This document shows, one piece after another, positions 13,061 to 27,242 of a stretch of 64,000 nt of DNA. The notes beneath the pieces were generated by a model, which saw nothing but the letters and a program-made list of their open reading frames with translations, made no database searches and was not told the DNA's origin. Each line of letters begins with the position of its first letter. Position 1 is the stretch's first letter. Location of the stretch: assembly GCF_009914755.1 (NCBI RefSeq), contig NC_060934.1; one strand, given 5' to 3'. The position numbers and the translations under genes are program-made. The DNA is from the human T2T-CHM13v2.0 reference genome, Homo sapiens.

Positions 13061-16000
13061 GGTAAGATAGTAGACACTTTATTGAGATATTAAGTTGTAT
13101 CATGTTTTCCTTTATATTCTTCTTCCTCCTATCAGGATCCGGGGGAGGAGATGGAGGTAGATTTCAGTCAAGTCTTTCTGGATTTTGTTTCACAAAGACT
13201 GTGACTTTTGAGGGGAAGAGTGTTTGAAGAGCTCAGGAAGGCCTCTGAGGGAAAGGAGAACAGGAGGGAATGCCTGCAGACAAAGAGAGGGTCTCAGGTA
13301 GCAGAGAGTCTGGTTCTTACAGGCAGTAGAAACCTACTGTTTCCCATCATGTAATGACTGGAGGAATGGTGGGACCTGAAGGAATGGATTCAGGCTAATT
13401 CTAGCCACTCCAGAGACTGTATCAAAAGCCTAGAAGGAAATAGCAAAATGAGAGCCTCAAGAGACCATGTGGGGAAAGACAGTCAGTGTGCAAGCAAGTA
13501 TCAGTAGGGGTAGGGGACCTACTACTAAAGAGGTACCCTTGATGATACCTTGGAAGTTTTCAGGCCTTAGAACTTTGGCATAACCCTAGGGTGAAAGGAT
13601 TGAAGGCTTAAGAGTGATTAAAGACCTATTTCCCATTAGCCTAGCAAGGAAGTTTGTGGTCATAAGTTGGTTTACGAAAAATAAAGAAAATATGTATTGC
13701 ACACCTCAGTTTGTTAACCGATACATAATAACTACACTATCATCATCTTCATCGCCTTATTATGATGTCATTTACACTCTCAGCAATGCAGTCTCTCCTT
13801 ATGTCTATAAGCCCAAATACTATTCATGTTCCCAGGCCTACCTCCATTATCTTCTCTGTGAAGCATTGCCTGATCACTCATCTGGAATTGCTTCTCTCCA
13901 CTGAACAAAAACTGGTAACTCCTAATGCTCATGTGTTGCTTCCACTAGTAGGCTGGGGAGTTCCTAAGTGTGGAATTCACTTTTTTGCCTTTTTAAAGAA
14001 AGTATACTTAGATTTACTACTTATCTATATGTATCTCTCTTGCTGTACATATTCATTTATTCCTGGTGCCTGTTTACATATCCTGGAGTCTAATAGTAAC
14101 ACAAAATGGAAGAAATTATGGGTCAAGCAGGAAACCTTGGAAATCTCCTTCTCTCCTTTGCTGCTAGGGGTTTGCCATTATCTTAAGATGCCAGAGCTTG
14201 AGACTCAGACATAGGTGTTCCTTTGGCTCATTCCCTTTAACAGTTAATTGTTTTAGGACATCTCTGCTAGTCCCGTGTATTATTCTTGGGCATAGCAGCT
14301 GAGATTATGTACTCGTATTTAAATGTTAAGTGATTTATAATCTTCAAAAGGAAGATGGAAGCCTTCATTTCAGAAATCCAGGCTAGTTTGCAATGTATGG
14401 AGGGCCCATTTGTATCACAACAAATGAAGATTAGGGGGAGAGGCTTCTATAATCTATATACATCTACATAAGTTTGGGGTGTTCCATTTTACTCTCCTTG
14501 CAATTAATCTGATGAGTTAACTTAGTAGTAGCCAGCATCAACTTGGTCTTATCTAGGTTATCTTAGGACCCAGAAGATGCTTTGGCTGCTGGGTATAAAA
14601 GTCCCAATTAATTCAGTAATAGGGCCCGTACAAGGCCTTGCAAAGTAGAGTGAATAGTGCCTCCATGCTCAAAGAATGGGCCACTTCAGTTCTGAGTAAG
14701 TTTACAAGGTCCTTCCTTTTAAAATCAGTTTATTTCTTCTTTAGAAACTTAGCTGTTAAGTCCCCACTGGCTTAAATAGCTGTGAAACATTGAACATTCA
14801 TTTGCTTTTGAGCCCTAAGTGAATAGCCAAGAGAATCGGTTTCTTTAGAAAATATATATTTTATTCTGCCCATTGCGTCTAAATGAATCTACTGCAAAGC
14901 TGTGTTTACCCACATCCATATGCAAATATTGACTTATGCATTGCAACAAAGTAAGCTTGGTAGGTTTCAGAAGGAAAACACAACACAGATAAACATTTAT
15001 AAGCAATTCAAATATTAAAGAGCTTCAACATTTCGAAAGACATTCAAATATGAGTTTTTCTGGGATGTCATTATGGTGCTGCAGTCATTTGCAAAAATAG
15101 AGTTACTGAACTACATAGCTTTTATGTGTGAAAGTATGCCTTTATTTTTTGACAGCAATAAAATCAATATGTTAAGTATTCATACCATTCTTTATAGTCC
15201 TTCAGGAGATATAGTCAGCTCTATATTCTCTTTTAAGGTGATACTATAGTAAAATGAGACAGTAAATTTCATAAACTATCATAAGTATTGCTAAATATTC
15301 CTGGTAATCATGGGTAAGGATTGTTTTAAATGTTTACTCTGATATTAAGAGGTATATTCACTTTGTGGCAGAATATGTCATTTTAACCTTCTTGAGTCTG
15401 GTATTTGTTCCTTTAATATAACTTTTATTAAAATGTCATAGAACTCAGTTAGTGTATATGCCACTCCTTTGAATATCCCAATAGCTGTTTTCTTTTTTTA
15501 TATACAGTTACACTAAAATGTGGTTTTAAATTGCTCTGAGGAATGCCAAAAACTGGTAAATTCATACCTCAAGCAAACCCCAGAGATGCCAGAGTGGTCC
15601 TAAAGATCTGTTACTGCCCCTACTTCTACCACCCACCACCCCTGGGGCAAATCTGCTGTAATGATGCTTCACAATAAAACACACAATACTGTTATGGATT
15701 ATTAACTATTAAGAGCAAGAACCTAAACTTTGTTTGCAAGCCTTTTCTTGCATCGCTTTTATTAAATAATAAAACCACTGTTATTGAAAGAAATAGAATT
15801 GACATTCAAAGATTCTTTTTGCTTTCAGTAGCAAAGCCAAGGAGAGACTGGGATAAATAAGTGACCATGAAATGCTAATTACCAGAAAGGTTCCAGTTAA
15901 TTTATTTATTCAACAATGTTGATTGTGAACTGACTTCTGAAAGTCATTGGCTAAATCCTGTTTAGGATTCATAACATGAGACTGAGAGGCTGCTCTGCAG

Positions 16001-16409
16001 GGAACTGTGGTCTTCAAGTTGACTTATGACACTGCAGGCATATCAACAAGACACAACAATAAAATGTTACTTGTTCAAGGGAAATACAAATAAGACCTGA
16101 AAGAGTGCCAAGAAGGAAGAGATCATTTTTGACTAGGTGGTCCAGACAGACATAATGGAGGAAGTAGCATATAAGATGATCTCAAAGTGTAATCGAAATT
16201 CCGTAGATGTGGTGATGGTGGCTTAGGAAGAGGAAATGGCCCAAGGAGAGGTACGGAGATGGGGAAAAAGTGAAGCTTGTTGGGTTTTATTTTGTGGTCC
16301 ATTCTGGGTTCCAGCAAAAGTTTCATGAAGGGAAATCATGGAAAATGAGACCAGAAATGGAAGACTAGATCCTATGTGGAGAGTCTCTTGTCTGTGTGTT
16401 ATTGATTAG

Positions 16410-16585
16410 TTTTGTTAAATAAGTATTTATAAAGTTCCCAGTCTGTGCCTGACACCGTGCCACTGTGCCAGGCACTGGCATTCATAATACAGAGGGCAGA
16501 TGGGGTAGTCATACTCATGGTGTTTAAAGCAGAGTGGAAGAATCAGATGATGAAATGAGCAATTGCAATAGAATAGAACAATCCA
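16410..16585 (-). mobile_element. L2 3' fragment
   Basis: aaataagtatttat...tgtgccaggcactgg pattern; probably continues at about 17465-17960. Confidence 0.55.
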
Positions 16586-16587
16586 TG

Positions 16588-16980
16588 TTGTGCAGGACGT
16601 CATCTGTTTTCCCCTAATGATCCACTCTCCACCAGCGCCTTCCACCTTGCTGTGTGCTCTGACTTTTGTGAAATGCAGGAAAAGACTCCCTTGCCCGTGG
16701 CTTCTTGGGAGGTTCGAGAGTGGAGGGAGGATGAGGCTGGGACAATTGTTCCCCAGCTGTCCTTCTCCTGGTCACTTTGAGTTGGCCGTGTCCTTCCATT
16801 GAAGGCCATGGCTCCTACTGGGGAGCCCTCTCCACACAGCCCATCTTTGAGTTCTGGTAACTGCTCTCTTTTCTTGCTCCCTCAGAAGCAGTGATGGCAA
16901 CTTGGTGTCATAAGCCATGGAGCACTTCTACCTCCCCTCACCTGTGCCATCTGCTGCCTGATGGGCTCCTGACTGATACA
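16588..16980 (+). mobile_element. LTR33-like ERVL LTR
   Basis: ctcccttgcccgtggcttc...gaaggccatggctcct...ctcctgactgataca terminus. Confidence 0.5.
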
Positions 16981-16990
16981 GATGTGATAG

Positions 16991-17462
16991 TATATTTGTT
17001 TCCTGAGGCTGTTGCAACAGATTACCACAAATTTGGTGTCTTAAAAGAAATTTGTTCTTTGAAAGTCCCAGAGGGCAGAAGTCTGAAATCAGTATCACGG
17101 GGTGGAAATTAGGATGTCCTATGGCTCTGTATTTCCTCTGGAGGCTTCAGGGGAGTCTGTCTCTGGCCTCTTTCAGCCCCTGGGTGGCTGCTGGCATCCC
17201 TTGGCTTGTGACAAATCCCTGCCTCCGTTTTCACACCACCTCTTCTTCTAGGCGTGCCTTTCCCTCTTCAGTGTAAAATTTCCTTCTGCCTCCCTCTTAT
17301 TCAGACACGTGATTGCATTTAGGGTCCACATAGATGATCCAGAATAATCTTCCTACTTCAAGATCCTTAATCACATCTGCAAAGACTCTTTTTCTGTATA
17401 AAATCAACAGGTTCCAGAGATTAGGACCCAGTATCTTTTAGCAGTCATATCCAGCCACCACA
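16991..17462 (-). mobile_element. MLT1C/D MaLR solo LTR
   Basis: gctgttgcaacagattaccacaaatttggtg...caagatccttaatcacatctgcaaagac...caggttccagagattaggac. Confidence 0.85.
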
Positions 17463-19610
17463 GAGAGGGAAGTGCAAGGTGCTAGGGAGGCACAGAGCAG
17501 AGAGGGCCCAACCAGTCAACTAGATCCCTGGATGTCTTCCTAAGGAGTAAGGAATACAAATGCTGCATTTGAAGGATTAACAGAAAATACCTAGGCAAAG
17601 GAAATCAGGGCATGGAATTGAGTGAGGGGCTGTTAAAAGCAACAAATAGCTGGAGCAAAGGCCTGGAAGACAGAGCATGCCTGACCCATTTGAAGACCTA
17701 GCTGCCTTAGGGTTTGGCTGGCAGTAGAGCCGGGGGAGAAGCTGGTGGGGAGGTGGTTGGCAGGAGACGGGGCCAGGATATGAAAGGTCTTCTCAGTGAC
17801 ATTAAGGGATTTGGACTTGGCCCAGCTGGCAAAGAGCATACCTTACATACTTTTAAACAAGGGAGTGATATAAAAGTAGGGCTTCAGAAAGATTAATTTA
17901 ATATTGAGACACAGGGCAGGTTGCAGCGAGGAGATCCTGGAGGCAGGGAACCCATTTGAGCCATGGGATGAAAATTTCACTGATGTTGGCTGCTCAGTAA
18001 ACATCCAAGGGTATTAGATGCTGAGTAGAGTGGGCCCGATGTCATAAATTATTGATGAATATTTATTAACTTCCGAGAGCCTGTAGACTGTGAGTAGTTC
18101 AGTAAGATGGGAAAAGGGCCTGGTACATGGTCTAGAAGCATACATAAGGTTTGCAATTTAATTGCACTAAGCTCTTCTTCCTTCAAATCATTGTTTCCTA
18201 TTTCAGAAATATTTAATCTACTTGTTATGAGTGTTTTGTTTGATAACACATTACTGTTTCTACAAAGAAAGCTTAGTGTCTGAAATTTAATCCTGGAAGT
18301 CAAAGGCCAGGAATAAAACATCTGTGGGCTCTAGGAAACTATTTCCAATGAAATCTTCAATGACATTAAGTAGAAAAGTGTTAACCAGAGCACATGATTT
18401 TGAGTCATGCTAAAAAATATTGGAAGAAAACAAATGTGGCACAGGTGCTGTGTAATTTTAGAAGTATAATTTGGAATATCTGACACTTACGTACCCTAAT
18501 AATGGATAAACACAAAAGAATCTTCACAATGTGTTGATCTGGCAGAATGTAAACAATTGACTTGTTACTAAGCTGCTTTTTACTTATTGAAATATATTCT
18601 CCTGAAATGAAATAAATAGACCAGGAAAATCTTATTTTTTAAGTTTTAAACCACTTAGGAAAAATAATTAAATATGAAGTGTCCCAATTCTGCCCTCTCC
18701 CGCAATTATATCACACTGTAAAACAGTGTCTATCTTAAGGGGAAAATTGTCTATATTCAATTATCTATTATTCACTTTTAACAATTTCTTAATTACAGAA
18801 AGTGTGTATAGACTATGGGTAGCATGCAATTTGAGCTCTCCCAAAGAGAGAGTTGATGAGTTTGCTGTGTGCAGATGATTTGAAATGAAGTTTTCTGAAA
18901 ATTAGAAAATTACAAAGTGATAATGGAAAGACAGCAATAAGGATTCCTAGAATTGTGCCTACAGTCAGAATTTAGAAGTGGAATTGAACTGAGATATGAA
19001 CTTGCTTAGCCAAGACCCACCCAAGAAAATAAAAGTGTGCATTACAGAAGGGTCTGTGCTTGACAGGGGAAAGCCATCGCGACACTGTGCTACTCCATGA
19101 CCCGATTCAAACAAAACTGCAAAAACAGTGTACTGATAGAAGGTACTCATTAAACAAATTTTGAAAAGAGAATTGGAATGTATTTCATTCTGATAGAAAA
19201 CAAGTAGCTAATAAGTCAATTTATCTTTTGGACAAAGCAGAAAGTGATGAGATGGAGGATTGAAGGGATGTAACTGTCAATCATTTTGGGAAAATTGTGG
19301 AGGTTTTGAGCTGTCCAAGTTAGCAAAGGTGGAGCTATTAATACATCTCTCAGAATTCTCTTCCCTCTATGGTTCCAGGTGAAGGTTGGCCACAAGAGCT
19401 GCTCGTATGAGATTTGGAAGGGGAACTGAAGTGGCAGCTCATGTTCCTCAGATAGGGTGCACTTACACACGGCACTGACTAGCCCCTGGCATTGGTCTGG
19501 GACAGTGGCTGGGCTCAAGGCTCCAATTACAGCTTCTCTTTCACCTTTCTGACCATTTATTATTTCTTCTCCATCCCTCCCTTTGCATACCTTTCCCCTC
19601 CTATTCATAC

Positions 19611-20071
19611 CGTGATGATTAATTTTTTGTGTCTAGACTAAGCATGGTTTCCGGGTGTGTCTATGAGGGTGTTTCCAGATGAGATTCACACTGATTGGTA
19701 GACTCAGTAAAGCAGATGGCCCTGGGCACTGGATGATTCCCAGTGTGGGTGGGCATTGTCCAATCCATAGAGGGCCCCCATAGAGCATAAGGTGGAGGAA
19801 GGAGGATGTGTCCCCTTTATTTTCTGCTTCACTACTTGAGCTGGGACATCTCATCTCATCTCATCTTCTTCTGCCCTCAAACTGGGATTCACACCATCAG
19901 CTTCCCTGCCTCACAGGGCTGGATCACTCCACGGGCTTTTCTGGGTCCCCAGTTTGCAGATGGCAGATTGGGGGACTTCTTAGCCTTCCTAATCTCTCTC
20001 CACACACACACATGCACATGCACACACACCCCCTATTGGTTCTGTTTCTTTGGAGAACCCTGAATAATACA
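19611..20071 (+). mobile_element. MLT2B (ERVL) solo LTR
   Basis: tgatgattaattttttgtgtc...gactcagtaaagcagatggccc...cctattggttctgtttctttggagaaccctgaataataca. Confidence 0.88.
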
Positions 20072-20176
20072 ATATCTCTTTGCCTCTGGAATCCCAGTTC
20101 TATCTTGTTTTGGATTTTTCCAGGACACAGCCTCAGCTGTCATGAGAGTAGAAAAATTCCATATTAATAGATAACT

Positions 20177-20457
20177 AGTCAGACACAATGGCTCATACCT
20201 GTCTGTAATCCCAACACTTTGGGAGACCAGGGCAGGGAGATCACTTGACGCCAGGAATTCAAGACCAACCTGAGCAGCATAGTGAGACCCCATCTCTACA
20301 ATTCTTTTTTTTTAATTATCCAGGCATGATGGTGTGCACCTGTGTCTGAGCTACCTGGGAGATCACTTGAGCCCAGGAGTTTTGAGGCTGCAGTGAGCTA
20401 TGATTGCACCACTGTACTCCAGCCTATATGATAGAGACCTATCTATCTCAAAAAAAA
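20177..20457 (+). mobile_element. AluJ
   Basis: Diverged dimeric Alu with J-type GATCACTTGAGCCCAGGAG; degenerate TSD around atagataac. Confidence 0.88.
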
Positions 20458-21272
20458 TTATAGATAACCTACAGCAGATTCGTAGCCCTCCTTATGCTGG
20501 TCATCCATCCATGGTTAAGAATAAGTTGATGGAAAATCTGGGGTAGCAAAAATGTTTTCCTCCACCAGTGCATGGGGCCAACAAAAAGTCTTGTTTTTTC
20601 CCCCAAGTACCTTTGCTGACCTTACTGATGAATCTCACTTTTCACAGGTGCTGATAACCAGATAGGATGGTGTTCTTGCTGTGTAAGCATGCTAGCCTTG
20701 GAAATGAATGCACTGTGGTAACCTAGGTTAGGGTCTCATCTTTTAACCTCTTATCATTAACTCACCTCACTTTGCCAAATTATCCGAGCTATTAACTGTA
20801 TTTATATGGTGAAACAGCCAGGATTTCCATCCAGAAATCTCAGAGCCACCTGCTTCACAGCTCTCCTTGTTGAAGTTTTCAAGAGATACAAGCAGAGGAC
20901 ACTCAAGATAAAAACACACATTTCTGCTTGCTAAGGCAGGTAGCTCACTAATCTCCCAAACTATTGCCCCCTTGATCTTCTCTGGCTTAAGGCCTAGCTG
21001 GACTGTATTTATTGCTCATGGCATTTTTTTTTTTTTTAAAACCCATTTGGCCTTTTAATGGGGAAGAGGGTGACCTTTTCCTAGTCAGAAGAACAACAAC
21101 ATAGGTCCAGCTGACTGCAGCATTTGATGCAGCTCTGTTGGAAAATGAGAAACAAACAACCCTTCTTTCTCCCAAAAGAAAATTCTACACAGACGACATT
21201 TAAAGTCCTTTGTTTTGCTTAGCCTAACTCCTACAAATGGCACCATGGCCTGGTAGTTCTTGATTTATACAT

Positions 21273-21630
21273 TTCATTCATTCAATATTTATTGAGTGTT
21301 CCAAGACGTAAGGGATACAGCAGTAAAAAATAGACATATTCTGTATTTTCATGCAATTTGTATTCTAAGTAAGACATGAACAAATACACAAGAAAATATG
21401 TAATTACAAATTGTGCTGGGTCTCTGAAGGAAAAGTGAAGCTTGTGATTAGGGGTTTTAATAGGGTAACAATTCAGGAAGGGGAGAGAGAGAAGGATTTA
21501 CTGAAGAAGTGATGTTTCAGCTGAGGCATGAGTGATGAATTTGAGTTAGGTTGTTAAAGAGTTGGTGGCGGGGACACATTCCAGGCAAAGAGGAAGAACA
21601 TAGGTTGTATGTACAAAGGTCTTGGGACCA
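21273..21630 (-). mobile_element. L2a 3' end
   Basis: ttcattcattcaatatttattgagtg terminal repeat; acattccaggcaaagaggaa. Confidence 0.78.
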
Positions 21631-22566
21631 CCGCCTCCTCAGAACCTCCTCAGAAGAGAGCTGGTGTGTGAGTGGTATAAAGACATCATCTGATAATTTA
21701 GCAATTTGTAATTCATTTGGGTCATACTGAGTTACTTCAATATTTCTTAAAAGCATGTACAACTAACTGCAGGGCCCCCTTTTGTTGCCTTCACTTGGGA
21801 AGACATGGCAATAAGGTAAAAGGATACAACATACCATGCTCACTTTCTGTCTTCCAGAATTTCAATGACCTCTCTACTTTGTTGGGCCTCTCACTTCCCA
21901 TCTTTAATGCACTTTAAACACCATCAATTTCATGGCAAATTTCTTTCATCCTTATTTGGCAACGGGAGACATGTTAGCTGGGCAGGATGCATTGGACCTG
22001 TCATCTTTAACTAGAAGCCACTAAATATCTACTGAAATTGTTCATTTTTCACCTTTACCACCACTGGCCTAGGCCAAGACATTTTCACTTCTGCGTCAAT
22101 CTTCTTGCACTGCTTTTTCTTCTTTCCATTCTCTGCCTCCTGGAAGTTAGTTACAGTTTTTTTCTTTTTTCTTGTTTTTAATATATACCTGACCATGTTG
22201 CAGCAGTACTTAAAACCCACTCTGTAAGATCACCCAGGACCACTTTTCAATTACTTTGTTTTAGTGATACTGGGTGATTTTCAGTTTCTGGAAGGAACCA
22301 CATTCCCTGCCAGCTCTGATCATCACACTACGGTTTGTCTCTGCCTGGACGCTACAAGAAAGTATGTAATGACCTCGCTGTGTAGGCCAGAAAGAGTCTA
22401 AAGGATTGCTGGGGTTAAGCAATTGAAGAAGGGTTGGGGACTTTACAGTCACATGGGGAATAAAGTCCCCAAGGGAGGAGGGCATGAAACATATGAGGCT
22501 TCCCTAAGAAGTGTCTGGAGGTGCCAGGAGGGTGTGAGAGGTCGTATTAAGGATTTTGGTCTTTCA

Positions 22567-22989
<423 letters not shown>

Positions 22990-23859
22990 TTACCCATATT
23001 CTAAATTCAGAAATCTACCAGCTGACAGTCTTTTGAAAGGTTTGAGTCTTAAAATAAGCCCTGCCAACAACTCTAGCACATATACTAATAATGGTAAAGA
23101 AACAGGAGGCAGGGGAACTTCAAGAGAATAATTTCTAAATACCAGGAGTGAAGGTGGGGCAGGGAGGTGGAGGGTTTGTTATTTAGCTTTTAAATTGTTT
23201 CCAATATTTTGCCTAAATATGAACATATCACTTTTCCTAAATGTAAATATTCTTCCCATGCAAATGGTATGCATTTGTATGAATTCCTAGAATTGGACTT
23301 CTTGGGCCAGACGTACACATTTTTAAGGCTTTTGATAGGCACTGTTTGCCTGCCTTTTTTTTTTTTAGAGGTTTTAGAACTTTTGCACCAACAGAAAAGA
23401 ATAAAATGACTGTTTCACTGCACTCTTAACAACATTGGATGCTATATTTCTACATATTTATAAAACTTATATTTAGTTTAATAGTTTGAATAAATAATGA
23501 TACATTCACACAATATAATCCTATGTAGTTCATTTAGAATGTATATTTTGTAAAAATGTTTAATGATATGGTAAAAAATTTAAGAGAAAAATAGGCAAAA
23601 ATTTTTAAAAATCCATGTAAGTATAATTCTGTATACACATTCTCAGACACAGAAAATAATTGGAAAGAATGAACCAAAATGCACAAAGTAGTCATCTCTG
23701 AGTGATAGAACTATGAACCATTTTCTTATTCATATTTTTTTTTCCAAATTTTCTCTAATGAATAGGTTTTGCTGTTTCAGAATAAATTTTTATTACAAAG
23801 AAAATGCATTTACATCTAGAAAATGAAGACAAAAGAGAAGAAAATTAAAATGTCCTGCA

Positions 23860-24152
23860 GGCTGGATGAGGTGGCTCATACCTGTAATCTCAGCACCATG
23901 GGAGTCCAAAGCAGGATTGCTCAAGACCAGAAGTTCAAGACTGGCCTGGACAACATAGCAGGATCTCATCAACAACAACTTAGCCAGGTGTGGTGGCATA
24001 TGCCTGTAGTCCTATTGACTTGGGAAGCTGAGATAGAAGGATCACTTGAGCCTGGGAGTTTGAGGTTGCAGTGAGCTATCATGACTCCACTAAACTCCAG
24101 CCTGAGTAACAGAGTGAGACAACATCTCAAAATTAAAAAAAAAAAAAAAAAA
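23860..24152 (+). mobile_element. AluJ
   Basis: Diverged dimer; TSD aaaatgtcctgca / aaaatctcctgta. Confidence 0.9.
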
Positions 24153-24357
24153 ATCTCCTGTAATCTTGAGCATTTAAAGTTCATAACATTTTTTATAGCC
24201 CTTCATCATATCTATGGGTATATATGCCATATGTATGTATGAAGATACACACACACATACACACATAAGCTGTATTCAACAGTGATAGGGTTAAATTTGC
24301 ACCATGATGATTCAGAACCATCTTTCCATAAAATGGTCAGATATAAACCATTAACTG

Positions 24358-24727
<370 letters not shown>

Positions 24728-24915
24728 CTATTGACATGTGTACACTCAAAAATACAATAGATATAACTTAAGATAATACTCTACAGTTTTTTTTTTAACA
24801 CATTGTAACTTCCTGTACTCCGTATTCATTTCTGATGCCTGCTATATGACATTGAGCGACTTGATCTGAACACGTCAAAGCTCATCATTTATTAATGAGG
24901 AAACTACTTTAGCAC

Positions 24916-25098
24916 CAATGGTTCTCAAGGTTCGTTGTGTATTTTTGTATATTTAAATTACCTGGGAAGTTTTCAAAAACACTGAAGCCTGGAGCTCACC
25001 TCCAGGGACCCTGATCAGAGATGGAGTCCCAGAATAAGTTTTTTAAAAGCACCCCAATGTGTTTGTTTCAAATGCGAAGCCAGGATTATGAATCAGTG
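24916..25098. mobile_element. MER5-type hAT MITE
   Basis: caatggttctcaa...attacctgggaag...ttaaaagcacccca...ccaggattatgaatcagtg. Confidence 0.7.
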
Positions 25099-25232
25099 AG
25101 GAAGATATGCCAGTTTGACATAATATGTGTTAGATCCAGCTAGGTTCCCTTTTCAAACAGCTTATCCAGTTTCCCCATTCTCTATCCTATAATTCCAAAT
25201 ACCCCTTGCTTTTGCTGTGCCCCAATTTGTCA

Positions 25233-25262
25233 GAATATGCCTAGGCATGCCTGAACTTGCTA
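25233..25262. promoter_or_regulatory. Candidate p53 response element within LTR10
   Basis: Three abutting RRRCWWGYYY-like decamers: GAATATGCCT, AGGCATGCCT (perfect), GAACTTGCTA. Confidence 0.7.
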
Positions 25263-25626
25263 CAACCCCACTCCACATTCCTTTCCTTATTAGGGAATAG
25301 GTTACCTTCCTACTCCCCCTGCCCCCTGTAAATGACCCTCCTTCTCTCTTTTCTCACCTCCCTTACGTGCTGACCTTATCTAAGAAAGTTTAAATGTTTA
25401 GCCAGTTGGGACTAGTTTAGATTGTGTGGTCTAACCCTAGCCAATAGGGGAAAGACACAGAAGCAGAAGCTGCATTAGAGATACTAAAAACCCCTGCTTT
25501 CCTTTGTTCTGTGTGCTCTCACCATTGCTCCATATGTGAGATGCACCCTTCTGCAGAAGTAAATTTGCCTTGCTGAGACATTCTCAGTCTAAGTGCTTGT
25601 TTTCTTTGCGACTCAGAGGTCTTATT

Positions 25627-26656
25627 TGTAGGGGAAAGAAAGAGATCAGACTGTTACTGTGCCTATATAGAAAGGGAAGACATAAGAGACTCCATTTTGA
25701 AAAAGACCTGTACTTTAAACAATTGCTTTGCTGAGATGTTGTTAATTTGTAGCTTTGTCCCAGCCACTTTGACCCAACTACTTTGACCCAACCTGGAGCT
25801 CACAAAAACATGTGTTGTATAAAATCAAGGTTTAAGGGATGTAGGGCTGTGCAGGACGTGCCTTGTTAACAAAATGTTTACAAGCAGTATACTTGGTAAA
25901 AGTCATTGCCATTCTCTAGTCTCAATAAACCAGGGGCACAATGCACTGTGGAAAGCCGCAGGGACCTCTGCCCTTGGAAAGCGGGGTATCGTCCAAGGTT
26001 TCTCCCCATGTGATAGTCTGAAATATGGCCTCTTGGGATAAGAAAGATCTGACCGTCCCCCAGCCAGACACCCGTAAAGGGTCTGTGCTGAGGTGGATTA
26101 GTAAAAGAGGAAAGCCTCTTGCAGTTGAGATGGAGGAAGGCCACTGTCTCCTGCTTGCCCCTGGGAACTGAATGTCTCGGTATAAAACCTGATTGTACAT
26201 TTGTTCAATTCTGAGATAGGAGAAAAGCTGCCCTGTGGTGGGAGGTGAGACATGTTTGCAGTAATGCTGCCTTGTTATTCTTTACTCCGCTGAGATGTTT
26301 GGGTGGAGAGAAACAAATCTGGCCTACATGCACATCCAGGCGTAGTACCTTCCCTTGAACTTAATTATGATATAGATTCTTTTGCTGACATGTTTTTTGC
26401 TGACCTTCTCCTTATTATCACCCTGCTCTCCTACTACATTCCTTTTTGCTGAAATAATGAAAATAATAATCAATAAAAAGTAAGGGAACTCAGAGGCTGG
26501 TGCCGCCGGTGCAGGTCCTTGGTATGCTGAGCGCCGGTCCCCTGGGCCCACTGTTGTTTCTCTATACTTTGTCTCTGTGTCTTATTTCTTTTCTCAGTCT
26601 CTCGTCCCACCCGACTATAAATACCCACAGGTGTGGAGGGGCAGGCTACCCCTTCA
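25627..26656 (+). mobile_element. HERV-K (HML-2) LTR5 solo LTR, probably LTR5A (1030 bp)
   Basis: TGTAGGGGAAAGAAAGAGATCAGACTGTTACTG...CACAGGTGTGGAGGGGCAGGCTACCCCTTCA; perfect 6-bp TSD cttatt. Confidence 0.95.
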
Positions 26657-27079
26657 CTTATTCCCAACAATATGGGAGAAAATGGGTGCAAAAATATAAG
26701 ACTTCTAACTTGGCACTTAGGGACAGGGTTCAATTCACAACATGGATAATTCTTAGCCATCTTCCCATAATGATCAGACATGACCATGAACTGCAAATAA
26801 CAAGCAGTATATGCAGATGCAAATGATAAGCAAATTGATTTGTGGCTATTAGACATACCAAACAACAAGGAGTTATTTCTTGCCAGGAGCCAATTAGTAA
26901 ATACATGCAAAATGTATCAAGTGAGGTCAGCTAACAGAAACAGTCTTGCTTTTCCTCAAACCGCTGTTGGTGAATTTTTCTAGCAAGCTTTCAAAGATGC
27001 TGAAATTCAGTTTGTGGAATTCTCAGTTTCTTGGAAAAAGAGTTTCTTCCTCAGTACAGTAGTATATTTAACCAATATA

Positions 27080-27242
27080 CCATATTTCATCAATTCTAAG
27101 ATGTACATTTTCATATTTTAATATCTGAGATTTCAATGTGTCTTAAAATTGATAAAAAATAATATTGTTTAACTGGTAGCATTGTTTTCTTTCTTAGTGG
27201 CACATAAAACAGTGGGACATCTTAAAATCAATGATGCAGTAT
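27080..27242. mobile_element. MER104-like Tc2/Mariner MITE
   Basis: ccatatttcatcaattctaagatgtacattt...ttcttagtggcacataaaa...catcttaaaatcaatg. Confidence 0.7.

Larger units (their letters stand above)
25128..26669 (+). mobile_element. LTR10-family (ERV1) solo LTR, split by an LTR5 insertion near its 3' end
   Basis: TGTTAGA...gaagtaaatttgccttgctgaga...CCCAACA; 5-bp TSD atatg at 25123-25127 and 26670-26674. Confidence 0.82.
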
